Positions 47,187-58,048 of a stretch of 64,000 bases of DNA are shown here, piece by piece. Under the pieces are notes generated by a model. It searched no databases. It had not been told where the DNA came from and was given only the letters and a program-made list of their open reading frames with translations. Position 1 is the first letter of the stretch; each line of letters opens with the position of its first letter. Made by a program: the position numbers and the translations under genes. Source of the DNA: Chthoniobacteraceae bacterium (GTDB lineage Bacteria > Verrucomicrobiota > Verrucomicrobiia > Chthoniobacterales > Chthoniobacteraceae); NCBI GenBank assembly GCA_031409655.1, contig JANNXQ010000032.1:35984-99983 (forward strand), written 5' to 3'.

Positions 47187-49051
47187 TCACCGCAGCCCGA
47201 AAGCGCCGCGCTGAAACCACCACCACTCGACGAGCAGGACGACGAAGCCGGCGCAGGCGAGCGCCCACCAGAGGGAGCGGTCGGCCTTCGGCACAGTGCT
47301 CGCGGCGGCGACGGTGAGGGCGTCGGCGAATTCGATTTGATCCACGCCGGCGAGCGAAGTCTCGGCGGGCGAGAGCAGGCTGGCGCCGAGGTGGCGGACT
47401 TCGGTCCCGGCGGCGGAGAGCGTGTAGTCGCCCGCGCGCGGGGCGGCGAGACCGGTGAGTTGGCCGCGGTCGTCGGAGCGTTCGTCGCGCTGAAAGTTGC
47501 CGGGTCCGGTGAGGCGATACGATGTGGCCGGCGCGAGAGTCAGCGGCGGGAGCACGCCGGTGCGGCTGGCGTTCGTTTCGGCGAGGCCGCTCTGCTGGAG
47601 CGCGGCTTGCACGACATTCGAGACGAAGATGGGGAAGCCGACGCGATACGGCAGCGTGGAGCGGTCCGTGTGAAAGAGCAGCGCCACGCGCAGGGCGTCG
47701 CCTTCCCTGCGCTCGAGGATCAGCGGACCGTGCGAACCGTGCGCGACGATTTCGTAGCCGAGATTGGCGAGCATCTCCTCGCTCGCGCCGGCGGCAAAGG
47801 CGGGCTGATCGAGGAAGACGACATCGGCGAGCGTGACGTGCTGGAGGAGCGGGGATTCGCGGCGCCAGTCGATCGCCGTCGTGCTCTCGGCATTCACGAC
47901 GATGAGCATTTGCACATCCTCCGGGACGAGGCCGACGGTGCATCGCGTGCGCGCAGGGAGCGCGAGTTCCGCGGCATCATCCGTGATGACGAGATCGAAG
48001 GCCGCGGGCGAGACTGCGCCGTCCTCGGGGAAAAGGGCGACGCCATCGAGCGAGGCGAGCGCGTGGCGATAGGCGGTCATCTTTTGCGGACACCAGATGG
48101 CGAGCGGACGGGCGGCGGGGAGATCGAGCCAGGCGGTGTTATCGGCGGCGAGGGAATCGGGGCCGGCCATCGTGAGGCGCGCGCGGAGTTGCACAGGCTG
48201 ATCCGTCGCGATCTGGAAGACGAGACGCGGGGTGGTGCCCTTGGTGAGCGTCACGCTTTCCGTGCCGACGACCGCATCGCCCTGCACCAGTTCCAGCGTG
48301 CCGTTCGCCGTCTCGGTGTTCGCGGAGGCCGCGAGTTGCACGAAGACTTCCCACTTTCCGCCCGAGCCGCGCCGGGCGTTGCAGCCGATGATGCCGTAGT
48401 TCGGCGCGGCTTCCGCGAGGCGCTGGAAGTCGATCTGGAAGGACAACTCGAAGTTTGTGCGCGCGGGAAAATTGCCGTCGGAGAAGAGCAGCACTTTGTC
48501 GAAGGCGGCATTGCGCGCGAGCGCCTGGGCCATGCGGAGTGCTTCGTCGAGATCGCCGGCCACGTCCTCGACGGCGAGCGAGTCGAGTGCTTCGCGCAGC
48601 TCGCGGCGGTTGTTCGTGAAGGCGGTGAGCCGGCGCGCACTTTTGCTGAAAGCGAGGAGCGCGATCTCCTGATCAGGCGGCATCGCGTCCAGCAGATCGC
48701 GGACGCGCTTCTTCGCGGCGTCGAGGCGCGACACGCCATTTTCGTCCGTCGCAGCCATGCTTGCGGAGATGTCGATGAGCACCGGCAACCGCGCCGCCCG
48801 CGAACTTTCCCGCCGGAGAAAAGGCTGCATCGCCGCGAGCACGAGCAGCGTGAGGAGGAGGATTTGCAGGAGCAGGAGGAGGTTGCGTTTGAACTTTTGA
48901 AAGGGCGAGTTCACCCGCTGATCCGCGAGCACTTGGCGCCACAGGATGAGTGAAGGGATCATCTGCCGCGGGCGCTTGAGCTTTAAGAAATAGAAAGCGA
49001 TCAGCGGGATGAGCAGGAGGAAAAGCCAGGCGCTGGAGAGGGCGGAGAAGC

Positions 49052-49055
<4 letters not shown>
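47187..49055 (-). CDS. BatA-like N-terminus + vWA domain membrane protein
   Basis: PLIAFYFLK...PSL.LW N-terminal motif; MIDAS DISASM, FSDG; C-terminal EWW TM. Confidence 0.92.
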
Positions 49056-49170
<115 letters not shown>

Positions 49171-49174
<4 letters not shown>

Positions 49175-50058
49175 ACGATCCACCCCTTCCGCCGCATCAT
49201 CTCAAAAACCACCAGCTCCATCGGCTCCGCGGCGCTGATCGACAGAAACTTCCCCGACCGCTGCTGGCACAGCGTCGTCAGCCGGGCTTGATGCGCGAGG
49301 CGGTATTCGTGGTAGAGGCCGAGCAGGTCGCCGGCGCTGGAGATGTCGAGGTGATCGCGCGTCTCGCAGTCCACGAAACGCAGGTCGCCTGCGAGCTCCG
49401 GCGCGAGTTCGGCGGGGCCGAGGATTTGCACGGCAAAGATCTCGAGCCCGGCGCCGTCGAGCTGGCTGAAGCTCCGGCGCAGATCGCCGCCGGTGAGAAA
49501 ATCGCTGAGCACCACGACCACACCGCGACCGGAGTGCTGGCGGAGAAAATCTTCGATCCCGCGCTCGACCGGGGCGTTGCCGCCGGGCTCGATGCCTTCG
49601 AGGAAGGTGAAGAGTTTTCCCAGCGAAGCGCGGCCCGTGCAGGGCCGGAGGCGTGCGCCGCGTCCGCCGAGCACGCCCGCGCTCACCTTTTCCTGCGCGC
49701 GCAGCCCGAGCACGCCGAAGACCGTCGCGAGCTTCCGCGCGAGTTCCCACTTTCCCTCAAAGGCCATCGACTCCGACGCATCCACGAGCACCGCGACGTG
49801 CCGCTCTTCCTCCTGATGAAACTGCTTCACGTAAGGCCGCTCGATGCGCGCGAAGATATTCCAATCCACGAAGCGCACATCGTCGCCCGGCGAGTAATCA
49901 CGGAAGTCGCAGAACTCCGTGCTCGTGCCGCCTTTCGCCGCGAGATGTTCGCCGCGGGCGCGGTTGGTAAAGTGCCGCGTCGCGTTGATCCGCAGCCGCG
50001 CAAGCCGATCGAGGTCGCGATTCGTGAGCAGCGAAGTCAGTTGCGGCGCTTCGGCCAT
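49171..50058 (-). CDS. DUF58 family protein
   Basis: EF.DFRDYSPGDDVRFVDWN..AR, VKQF, DASESM, LSDFL. Confidence 0.95.
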
Positions 50059-50064
50059 GATTGC

Positions 50065-51066
<1,002 letters not shown>

Positions 51067-51117
51067 GGGTGGTGGGCGTTGCGACGAGGGTCAGGTTCTC
51101 GGGGCTTGGGTTGGGGA

Positions 51118-54117
51118 TCAATGTTGATCGTCGGTGCGCTTCCGCTTCCGGGCGAGGAGGCGCTCGGTGGTGGATTGCGGTTCGGCAGGCGAAGGGTCGG
51201 ACGGTTTTACTGGTGGTGGCGCGGCGGGTTTCGGCGGCGCGCTCGGAGCCGATGGCGCGACTGGCGGCGACACTTCGCGCTGCGTCTCCAGCGTGGCTTT
51301 CACTTTCGCTTTCCGCTGCAAAAGCGCGCCCATCGTCTTGCCGCTCTCGTCCTGTTTACGGCGGAGGAAGGTGTCGCGGATGGCGGGCCAGTCGAGCTGG
51401 ATGCGGCGCACGGCGACGTCGAGCGGGATGAGGCAGGCGAGGAGGATCAGGAACCAATCGAAGACCGGGCGCGTGCTCTCGCGCGTGGTGCGCTCCGGGT
51501 GAAAAAGGTCGAGGTCGTTGGCCGTGAGCACGCGGCCGCCGGTGCGTTCGGCGATCTGCTTCAGCACGATGGGGTCGCTCCGGAAGCGCAGATACTCGGG
51601 CGAATACGGCACGGCGAATCCGCCCATCGCCTGTTCGGGTTTCTCGCTGCCCGCGCTGGCCGCGGCGGCGATGACCTGGTAGCGGCCTTTGCCCCAGAGC
51701 GGGAACTGCCCCTGATACCGCCGCGGACCGATCTGCCGGAGCGGCACCGACACGCTTTCACCGCGCGGTCCGGAGACGCGGGCTTCCATCTCGAGAAAAC
51801 GATCGCCCGCCGCGAAGTCTTCGACCGACACAACCCCCGTGCTGCCCGCCGCGGAGCTGCGCAGGCGCAGATCGGTCTTCTGCTCGACGCGCGAAAGTTC
51901 GGTGACGAGCTGCCGCACGAAGGCACGATATTTGTCCCACCCAATCCAATCCTGCGCCCATGCCGGACCGAGGTCGCTGGTCCATGCGGCCGCCGCGCCG
52001 AGACCGAACCGCCAGACCGCGAGCAGGGGGTCGGGCGAGTCCGCGGGATCTTTTCCCGCCGGCACGCGCAGGATGGTGGTGGCGCGCGGCTTGATGGTCG
52101 TGAGCACGTAGCCGCGCAACTGCGGCAGCGCGTCGATGCCTTTCAAAATCGGCGACGGAAACTCGACCTCGGGCGTGAAGACCTTGTTTTGCAGCATTGA
52201 GCGTTTGAGCGTCTTCGCTTCCTTGATGAAGATGCTCGGGAGCTGATTCGGATCTGCGGGAAAATAATAACGGCCGCCGGTCTGGCCGGCGATGGCTTGC
52301 ATGATCGAGATGTCCTGCCCGCCGTGCGGATTGATCGCGATCATCGAGACGCTCACCTTCGCATCCACGAACTCCTGCACGAGCGCGGGCGTGGGCGGCG
52401 ATGGATCGCCGTCGCTGATCACGATGAGGTGTTTCGTAGCCGCGTCGCTTTGCACCAGACCGGCGAGACCCAGCTTCATCGGCGTGTTGAAATCCGGCAT
52501 GTCGCCCGGCTCGGCTTTATTGATCAGCGGGACGAGGCGTTCGTATTCCCCGGCGGGCGTGAGCGGGAAGATCCAGTTGTAACCCGTGGGACTGCCGCCA
52601 CCCCACGCGTAGGCGATGAGCCCCACTTCGTCCTGCGCGCCGAGCACGCGGATCGCTTCCTTCGCGATGCGTTTCGCCCAAGTGTTGCCCTCGGCGAATT
52701 CGCAGGTGTGCAGGATGATCGCGAGCGCGCCCTTTGGCAGCACCTTCTTCTGCTTCACATCCATCTCGACGGGCAGCGCCTCCTCGACCGCGGTGCGATG
52801 GAAGCCGCCCGGCCCGTAACTCTGCGGTCCGCCGAGCATCAGGAAGCCGCTGCCATTATTGTACACCGCGTCGCGCAGCGCTTGAAATTGCACGGGGTCG
52901 AAGGCGTCCGCGGGCGCGTTCGCGAAGACGATGAGGTCGTAAGGCAGCAGCGACAGCGCATCGCGCGGAAACTCGTAAGCCATCCGCACCTGCACCACGC
53001 GTTCGCTTTCCTTCATCGCCTGCACCAGCGGTTCCCAATCGCGCGCATCGCCGCGCGCTTCGGTGACGACGAGCACCTTGCCCTCGCCGCGCAGAAAGAG
53101 ATCGCCGATCGCGACGTTATTCTCCGCCCAGCCGTCCTCGCCCTTCGGCACGGCGATCGTGGCCACGTATTCGTAAAAGCCCGGCTCGCGCAGATAGAGC
53201 GGCAGCGCGAAGCGATTGCGCCCCGCCTCGAACTCCACGTCTTTCTCGAAGATCGTCTTCCCATTCTCCGAAAGGGTGAGTTTGCCAGCGCCTTTCGTCA
53301 GCGCCTGGAGCAGCACATTCGCCTCGTAAGTCTCGCCCGCCTTGACGACGCGCGGGAGGTCGAGCCGCTCGAGCCACACTTCCTTTTCGTAGGCGAAGGC
53401 GATGGGCAGCACGTCCACCGCGATCCCGCGGGATTTGAGCGCATCGAGCTGCGCGGCCACGGCGCTCTCGGTTTCGTTGCCATCGGTGATGAGCACGATG
53501 CGCCCTTGATTCTGCTCCGGCAGCATCGCCGCGGAGAGGCTCAGGGCCTTGGCGAGATCGGTGCCGTCCTTCGCGATGCGCGAGTTCATCGCTTCAAAAG
53601 GGAAGCTCGGACGCGGCGGCAATTCGACCGCGGCATCGCGCCCGAAGACGACGAGTCCCGCTTCGTCCTTCGGCGGTTTTTTCCCCACGGTTTGCATCAC
53701 CCACGCCAGCGCTTGATCGCTCACCTTCGCGCCCATCGAGTCGGAAACATCGAGCGCATAGACGATGGAAAGCGCATCCGAGCGCCGCACCGCGCGCGGC
53801 TCGGCGAGGAGCACGATGAAGAGGGCGGCCAGCGTGAATCGCGTGATCAGCGCCACGAGCGCGCGCCCTTTTCCCAAGCCGGAAAAGCCCGCGAGATGCA
53901 GCCACCAGATCCACGGCAGCGCGAGGGTGAGCCAGAAAGCCGGACGATAGGTGAAGCGCAGCAGCCCGCGCATTTCCGCGACCACACAGGCGCCGAGGAA
54001 GAGCGCGAGGAAGATGATCAGCGGCAGCGCGGCGCGCCAGGTGATGGGCGTGCGGGCTGCGGGCACCATCGTCCGCAGGAGGCGGAGCCGTGCCGGGGAG
54101 AAAATGCTGCTGGCCAA
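51118..54117 (-). CDS. vWA + glutamine-amidotransferase-like + second degenerate vWA membrane protein
   Basis: DVSDSM, ITDGNET; YDLIVFAN...GFLMLGGPQSYG.GG; ISDG; W.FGLG; start TTG 54117 or ATG 54069. Confidence 0.9.
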   Translation of the reverse strand: MASSIFSPARLRLLRTMVPAARTPITWRAALPLIIFLALFLGACVVAEMRGLLRFTYRPAFWLTLALPWIWWLHLAGFSGLGKGRALVALITRFTLAALFIVLLAEPRAVRRSDALSIVYALDVSDSMGAKVSDQALAWVMQTVGKKPPKDEAGLVVFGRDAAVELPPRPSFPFEAMNSRIAKDGTDLAKALSLSAAMLPEQNQGRIVLITDGNETESAVAAQLDALKSRGIAVDVLPIAFAYEKEVWLERLDLPRVVKAGETYEANVLLQALTKGAGKLTLSENGKTIFEKDVEFEAGRNRFALPLYLREPGFYEYVATIAVPKGEDGWAENNVAIGDLFLRGEGKVLVVTEARGDARDWEPLVQAMKESERVVQVRMAYEFPRDALSLLPYDLIVFANAPADAFDPVQFQALRDAVYNNGSGFLMLGGPQSYGPGGFHRTAVEEALPVEMDVKQKKVLPKGALAIILHTCEFAEGNTWAKRIAKEAIRVLGAQDEVGLIAYAWGGGSPTGYNWIFPLTPAGEYERLVPLINKAEPGDMPDFNTPMKLGLAGLVQSDAATKHLIVISDGDPSPPTPALVQEFVDAKVSVSMIAINPHGGQDISIMQAIAGQTGGRYYFPADPNQLPSIFIKEAKTLKRSMLQNKVFTPEVEFPSPILKGIDALPQLRGYVLTTIKPRATTILRVPAGKDPADSPDPLLAVWRFGLGAAAAWTSDLGPAWAQDWIGWDKYRAFVRQLVTELSRVEQKTDLRLRSSAAGSTGVVSVEDFAAGDRFLEMEARVSGPRGESVSVPLRQIGPRRYQGQFPLWGKGRYQVIAAAASAGSEKPEQAMGGFAVPYSPEYLRFRSDPIVLKQIAERTGGRVLTANDLDLFHPERTTRESTRPVFDWFLILLACLIPLDVAVRRIQLDWPAIRDTFLRRKQDESGKTMGALLQRKAKVKATLETQREVSPPVAPSAPSAPPKPAAPPPVKPSDPSPAEPQSTTERLLARKRKRTDDQH

Positions 54118-54148
54118 GGGGTGAAAGCAGGCTCGAAGGCGGCCCCGA

Positions 54149-54436
54149 CTACCGCGCGAGCAGTTGGAGGAAGCACACGATGATCCGCCGCGAAAGACTC
54201 TCGTCGAGCCATCCGAACGGACGCAACGCAGTGCGCCGGATGGGCCGCGCGAGATCGGTGCAGGCGATGAGCGTCTCGCGACCCCAGCGCACTTCCACGC
54301 GCAAGGCCGTGAGCGCGACGCCGGATTTCAGCGGGCACACCAGCACCGTCGGCAGTGCCGCCAGCGCCTCGTCCTGCAAGGCGACGAGATTCGGCACGGC
54401 ACCTTTCGCCGTCGAGCAGTAGAGCGCCAGCCTCAC
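54149..54436 (-). CDS. CcdB/PemK-fold type II toxin-like protein
   Basis: P.LVALQDE.L..LPTVLVCPL...VRWGRETLIACTDL..PI resembles CcdB; GTGA-coupled to the antitoxin. Confidence 0.7.
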   Translation of the reverse strand: MRLALYCSTAKGAVPNLVALQDEALAALPTVLVCPLKSGVALTALRVEVRWGRETLIACTDLARPIRRTALRPFGWLDESLSRRIIVCFLQLLAR

Positions 54437-54696
54437 GCTTCGTGGACGGGAAACTCGTCGTTGACCGCGAGCGTCTGACGGCACACGGCGTCGGTGTACT
54501 GCTCGCCCACGGTGTCCGCAAAGCGGGCGCGCTCGCGACGGGCTTCCTCCCGGTCGATGAGTTCCTGCACCCAGACCGAACGCGGCGAATCCCCTCGCAG
54601 CGCATCAATCTTCCGGTACGCCTCGAGGCTCAGGGTGAGCGTCGCGCGACCCGCGGCAGCGACCGCTTTTCGCGGCGACTTTTTTGCGACTTTCAT
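54433..54696 (-). CDS. Ribbon-helix-helix antitoxin-like protein
   Basis: 87 aa; ATLTLS...KIDALRG..PRSVWVQELI RHH pattern, acidic C-terminus, directly upstream of the toxin. Confidence 0.7.
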   Translation of the reverse strand: MKVAKKSPRKAVAAAGRATLTLSLEAYRKIDALRGDSPRSVWVQELIDREEARRERARFADTVGEQYTDAVCRQTLAVNDEFPVHEA

Positions 54697-54702
54697 GCGC
54701 GC

Positions 54703-54731
54703 AACGTGCCTGCCGCGGAAGGTGGCGTCAA
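54703..54731 (-). promoter_or_regulatory. Putative leaderless sigma70 promoter of the TA pair
   Basis: TTGACG-17 nt-CACGTT-6 nt-ATG; the -35 overlaps the NHL gene stop. Confidence 0.5.
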
Positions 54732-55804
54732 GGTGCGCCGCCCGGCAGGCGGAGCGCGACGATGCGGCGGTTTTTCGTATCAGCGACGAAGACGCGGCCC
54801 CGTGCGTCGATGGCGAGCCCCCACGGCGTGCCAAACTCGCCTTCGCCCATGCCGCTGCGGCCGAACTGGCCGAGCAGCCGCCCGGCGAGACTCACCTGGG
54901 AAAGGCGACCGGCGCCGTATTCGACGATGTGCAGCGTGCCGTCGGGGGCGGGCGCGATGTCGTAAGGGAGATTGAAGGTGAGGGCGTTTCCATTTTCGCC
55001 GAGCAGGCCGAGAAATGCGCCGGCGTCGGTGAAGATGAGGACGCGGTTGTTGATCGCATCGGCGACGAAGAGCCGGCCGTCGATCCACGAGAGTCCCGAC
55101 GGGCGCTGAAATTGCCCCAGCCCGGTGCCGAAACTGCCGAAGCTCGCGAGCCACTCGCCTTCGCGCGTGAATTTCTGCACGCGATCGTTCCCTCCGTATT
55201 CGCAGATGTAGAGATTCTCCGCGGCGTCCTTGCAGATCCCCACGGGATAGAAAAATTCGCCGTTCGCCGAGCCCTTGCGTCCGATGTCTTTCAGCCACGT
55301 CCCGTGCGCATCGAACCAGACCACGCGATGATAGTGCGTATCGCAGACCACGACGCGGCCATCGCGCAGGACCACGATTCCCTCGGGCTTTCCGACCGAT
55401 ACCTCGAGCATCTGCCACTGCCGCCGCAGCGCATCGTCCGGGCCGTAGATGAGCACGCGCCCGGCGGTGTCGAGCACCGCGAGTTCGCCGTCATTGCCCG
55501 TGGCCACGCTGCGCGGTGTGGGGAGCGAGGCGCCGTCGGGCGGGAGGTTCCAGGTCTTCCATTCGCGCGGCTGGAGCACGGGTGTGTGGTCGCTCCGCCG
55601 GCAGCTCGTGAAGGTGAAGCAAAGCGCGAGAGCCACGATGAGCGGAGCCGTTCGATGTTCGATGTTCGACGTTCGATGTTCGATGTTTTCCGTTGGAAGC
55701 GGCCGCATTCGCGAACTGGCAAACATCGAACTGGCAAACATCGAACGTCGAACATCGAACATCGAACATCGAACCAACCACCCGAACGCTTGCGACCACT
55801 TCAT
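54728..55804 (-). CDS. NHL-repeat beta-propeller lipoprotein with a heptamer repeat in its N-terminus
   Basis: G...GEF.YP.GI, DRVQKF, GQFQRP.G, VADT.N.RI repeats; lipobox FTSC; ATGA-coupled start. Confidence 0.88.
   Translation of the reverse strand: MKWSQAFGWLVRCSMFDVRRSMFASSMFASSRMRPLPTENIEHRTSNIEHRTAPLIVALALCFTFTSCRRSDHTPVLQPREWKTWNLPPDGASLPTPRSVATGNDGELAVLDTAGRVLIYGPDDALRRQWQMLEVSVGKPEGIVVLRDGRVVVCDTHYHRVVWFDAHGTWLKDIGRKGSANGEFFYPVGICKDAAENLYICEYGGNDRVQKFTREGEWLASFGSFGTGLGQFQRPSGLSWIDGRLFVADAINNRVLIFTDAGAFLGLLGENGNALTFNLPYDIAPAPDGTLHIVEYGAGRLSQVSLAGRLLGQFGRSGMGEGEFGTPWGLAIDARGRVFVADTKNRRIVALRLPGGAP
55650..55774. repeat. Inverted heptamer element (GTTCGAT)n ... (ATCGAAC)n in frame in the NHL gene
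   Basis: Same unit as 39461 and 49062. Confidence 0.9.
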
Positions 55805-56709
55805 TCGCGCAGGCGGATCATGGCCGGTTCGCCTTCGCGGAGGAGCGGGCCGGATGGGCGGTGAAAGAAACGCCGGCGGGTGGCGGCGCCGAGGTGGTGC
55901 AGTTCCACCTCGGCGATGGCGCCGCGAAAGTGCGCCGCGCTCACGACGATCGGGCTGATGTGCGCGGGCTCGATGGCGATCTGCTCGGGCCGAAAACACC
56001 GCGCCTCGTCGCCCGATTCATCGAGCCACAGCTCGGCTTCGGCGGCAGTGAGCCAGTTGCCCGGTCCGAGCGCGGACATCAGTTCCGGCGAGCCCGGATC
56101 GGAGTACAGCGCGGCGACTGCGCCGACGTGGAGGACTGCGCCGGCGTGCAGGCAGACCACCCGGCTTGCTTCCCCGAGGACGCGCTCCGGTTCATGCGTG
56201 GCAAAGACGAGGGACGCACCGCTCGCGGCGAGGTGCTCGCGCACGATTTTCCAGTAGCCATCGACGCGCGCGGGATCGACATGCGTGAGCGGTTCGTCGA
56301 GGACGACCGCCTCCGCTTTCATCAAGAGCGCGCGTGCGACCGCGAGCCGCGCCCGCTCGCCCGCGCTCAATTCCCCCGGCTTCGCCGCGCTGCGCTCCGC
56401 GAGATCGAAGGCCTCGAGCGTGGCGTCAATTTCCGCCGCCGGAGCCCGCACGATCTGCAAATGCTCGCGCACCGTGCAGTGCGGCCAAAGCCCGCCATTT
56501 TGCGGCGCCCACGCGACCGTGCGCGGGCCGGCGATGATGCCGCGCGCGGGTTTCTCAAAGCCGACGAGCACATTGAGCAGCGACGTCTTTCCCGCGCCGG
56601 ACCAGCCGAGGATGGCGGTGACGCCGCGGCGGATTTCCAGCGAGGCGTCGCGCAATCGAGCCGGGCCGAGCGAGACGCGGTCGAGGGTCCAGAGGGGTTC
56701 ATCGGCCAT
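55801..56709 (-). CDS. ABC importer ATP-binding protein
   Basis: GWSGAGKTS, LSAGE, LDEP, ATH; short TOBE-like tail. Confidence 0.9.
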   Translation of the reverse strand: MADEPLWTLDRVSLGPARLRDASLEIRRGVTAILGWSGAGKTSLLNVLVGFEKPARGIIAGPRTVAWAPQNGGLWPHCTVREHLQIVRAPAAEIDATLEAFDLAERSAAKPGELSAGERARLAVARALLMKAEAVVLDEPLTHVDPARVDGYWKIVREHLAASGASLVFATHEPERVLGEASRVVCLHAGAVLHVGAVAALYSDPGSPELMSALGPGNWLTAAEAELWLDESGDEARCFRPEQIAIEPAHISPIVVSAAHFRGAIAEVELHHLGAATRRRFFHRPSGPLLREGEPAMIRLRE

Positions 56710-58048
56710 CGCGCCGTGGATAGAAGCGCGCGATGGGGGCGGTCAACAGTAGAAGCGTGACCGGCGCGAGAAAGGCGGCGAGCAACATGGCCGAGAGCAC
56801 CTCGGTCTGGCCGTAGTGTGCGAGATTATGCAGCCGCGCGAAGACCGGCGTGAAGCCCACCGGCGCGAGGATCGACGACGCGGTGAATTCGCCGAAGGCC
56901 CAATAAAAGAGCAGCGCGAAGCAGGCGAAACGGCGGCGGCCATCGAGTTGCCAGAGCAGGCGAAAGGAGGGCGCTCGGGAAAGGCGGGCGACGTGCAGGG
57001 CGGGATTCGGCTCCGTGGCCGCGAGCCGCCAGCGGAGGAGCAGCGCGAGGGGGAGCAGCAGGAGGGTGAGGGCGAGCAGGAGCGGCAGCGGCGTATCGTA
57101 GGCGGGGCGGAGCAGCGGGAGATGGAAAAGCGTGACCAGCAGGAGAGCGAGGACCAGCGCGCCGAGCAGGCCGGGAGCGCCCGTGAGCCACGCGACACCC
57201 GAGACTCGTCGAAGCGACGCGCGTCCGGCGGCGGTCGCGCACACGGCGGCCCCGAGCGCCACCGCGAGGCTCGCGGTGAGTTCGCGGGCGAGGGTGAAAT
57301 TTGCGGCGAGCGTGGAGAGGCCGGTGAGCGCTTGAGCGCCGATGATCGCGAGCGGCAGCAAGCCGCCGGCGATGGCGGCGCACGCGAGATAGAAGTTCGC
57401 GGCGACGCTGATCCGCCGAGTCGGCGGAGCCCACCCGCCTTCCGCGGCGGAACCGATGGCGCGGCTGAGCGCGAGGAGCACGAGCAGTTGCAGCGCGAGC
57501 GGCCACGCGGCGAGGCGGAGTGATTCGCGCAGCGCGAGGCCGCCAGCGTGCGCATCGAAAAGGGTGACCGCCCACGTCTGCACATTCCACAGCGATGCCA
57601 GCTCGAAATCCGCGAAGGCCAGCAGGAAGACGAGACCGCCCGCGAGCCACGGACCACTGGCCGCCGAGCGGAGGAGAAAGCGGCGCCGCTCGCGGGCGGT
57701 AGGCGCCAGCAAGGCGTGGCAGTGCCGCGCCTCCGCCGAAGCCAGCGGCGGTACGAAGTGCAGCGCGATGACGGCGACCGGGACGAGCCGCAACAGGAGG
57801 GCGAAAAAATGGAGCAGCGGAAGTCCCGCCGGCACGGCCATCGCCCGCAAAGCGAGGGGCGCATAGGCGTAGCTGACGAGCAGCGCGGGCAGCAGAAACG
57901 GCACGAGCAGGAGCGCCCAGCTCCAGGAGCGCCTCCGTTCCGACAGCGCGGCGAGGCTGCGCACGAGCGGCACCGCGAGGGCGACGGCGAGCCCCGCGAG
58001 CACTAGAGATCGGGCGGCATCGGCAAAGACGAGCAGCGGGAAACTCAC
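56699..58048 (-). CDS. Fe(III)/FbpB-like ABC permease (two half-domains, divergent)
   Basis: Two repeats ending F.LAFADFE and F.WAFGEFTAS; GTGA-coupled start 58048. Confidence 0.75.
   Translation of the reverse strand: MSFPLLVFADAARSLVLAGLAVALAVPLVRSLAALSERRRSWSWALLLVPFLLPALLVSYAYAPLALRAMAVPAGLPLLHFFALLLRLVPVAVIALHFVPPLASAEARHCHALLAPTARERRRFLLRSAASGPWLAGGLVFLLAFADFELASLWNVQTWAVTLFDAHAGGLALRESLRLAAWPLALQLLVLLALSRAIGSAAEGGWAPPTRRISVAANFYLACAAIAGGLLPLAIIGAQALTGLSTLAANFTLARELTASLAVALGAAVCATAAGRASLRRVSGVAWLTGAPGLLGALVLALLLVTLFHLPLLRPAYDTPLPLLLALTLLLLPLALLLRWRLAATEPNPALHVARLSRAPSFRLLWQLDGRRRFACFALLFYWAFGEFTASSILAPVGFTPVFARLHNLAHYGQTEVLSAMLLAAFLAPVTLLLLTAPIARFYPRRDGR

Noticed and set aside
47191..47943. 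N-terminal extension of the 893-aa ORF 45262-47943
   Set aside because: Overlaps the vWA gene in another frame; the signal peptide begins at 47121
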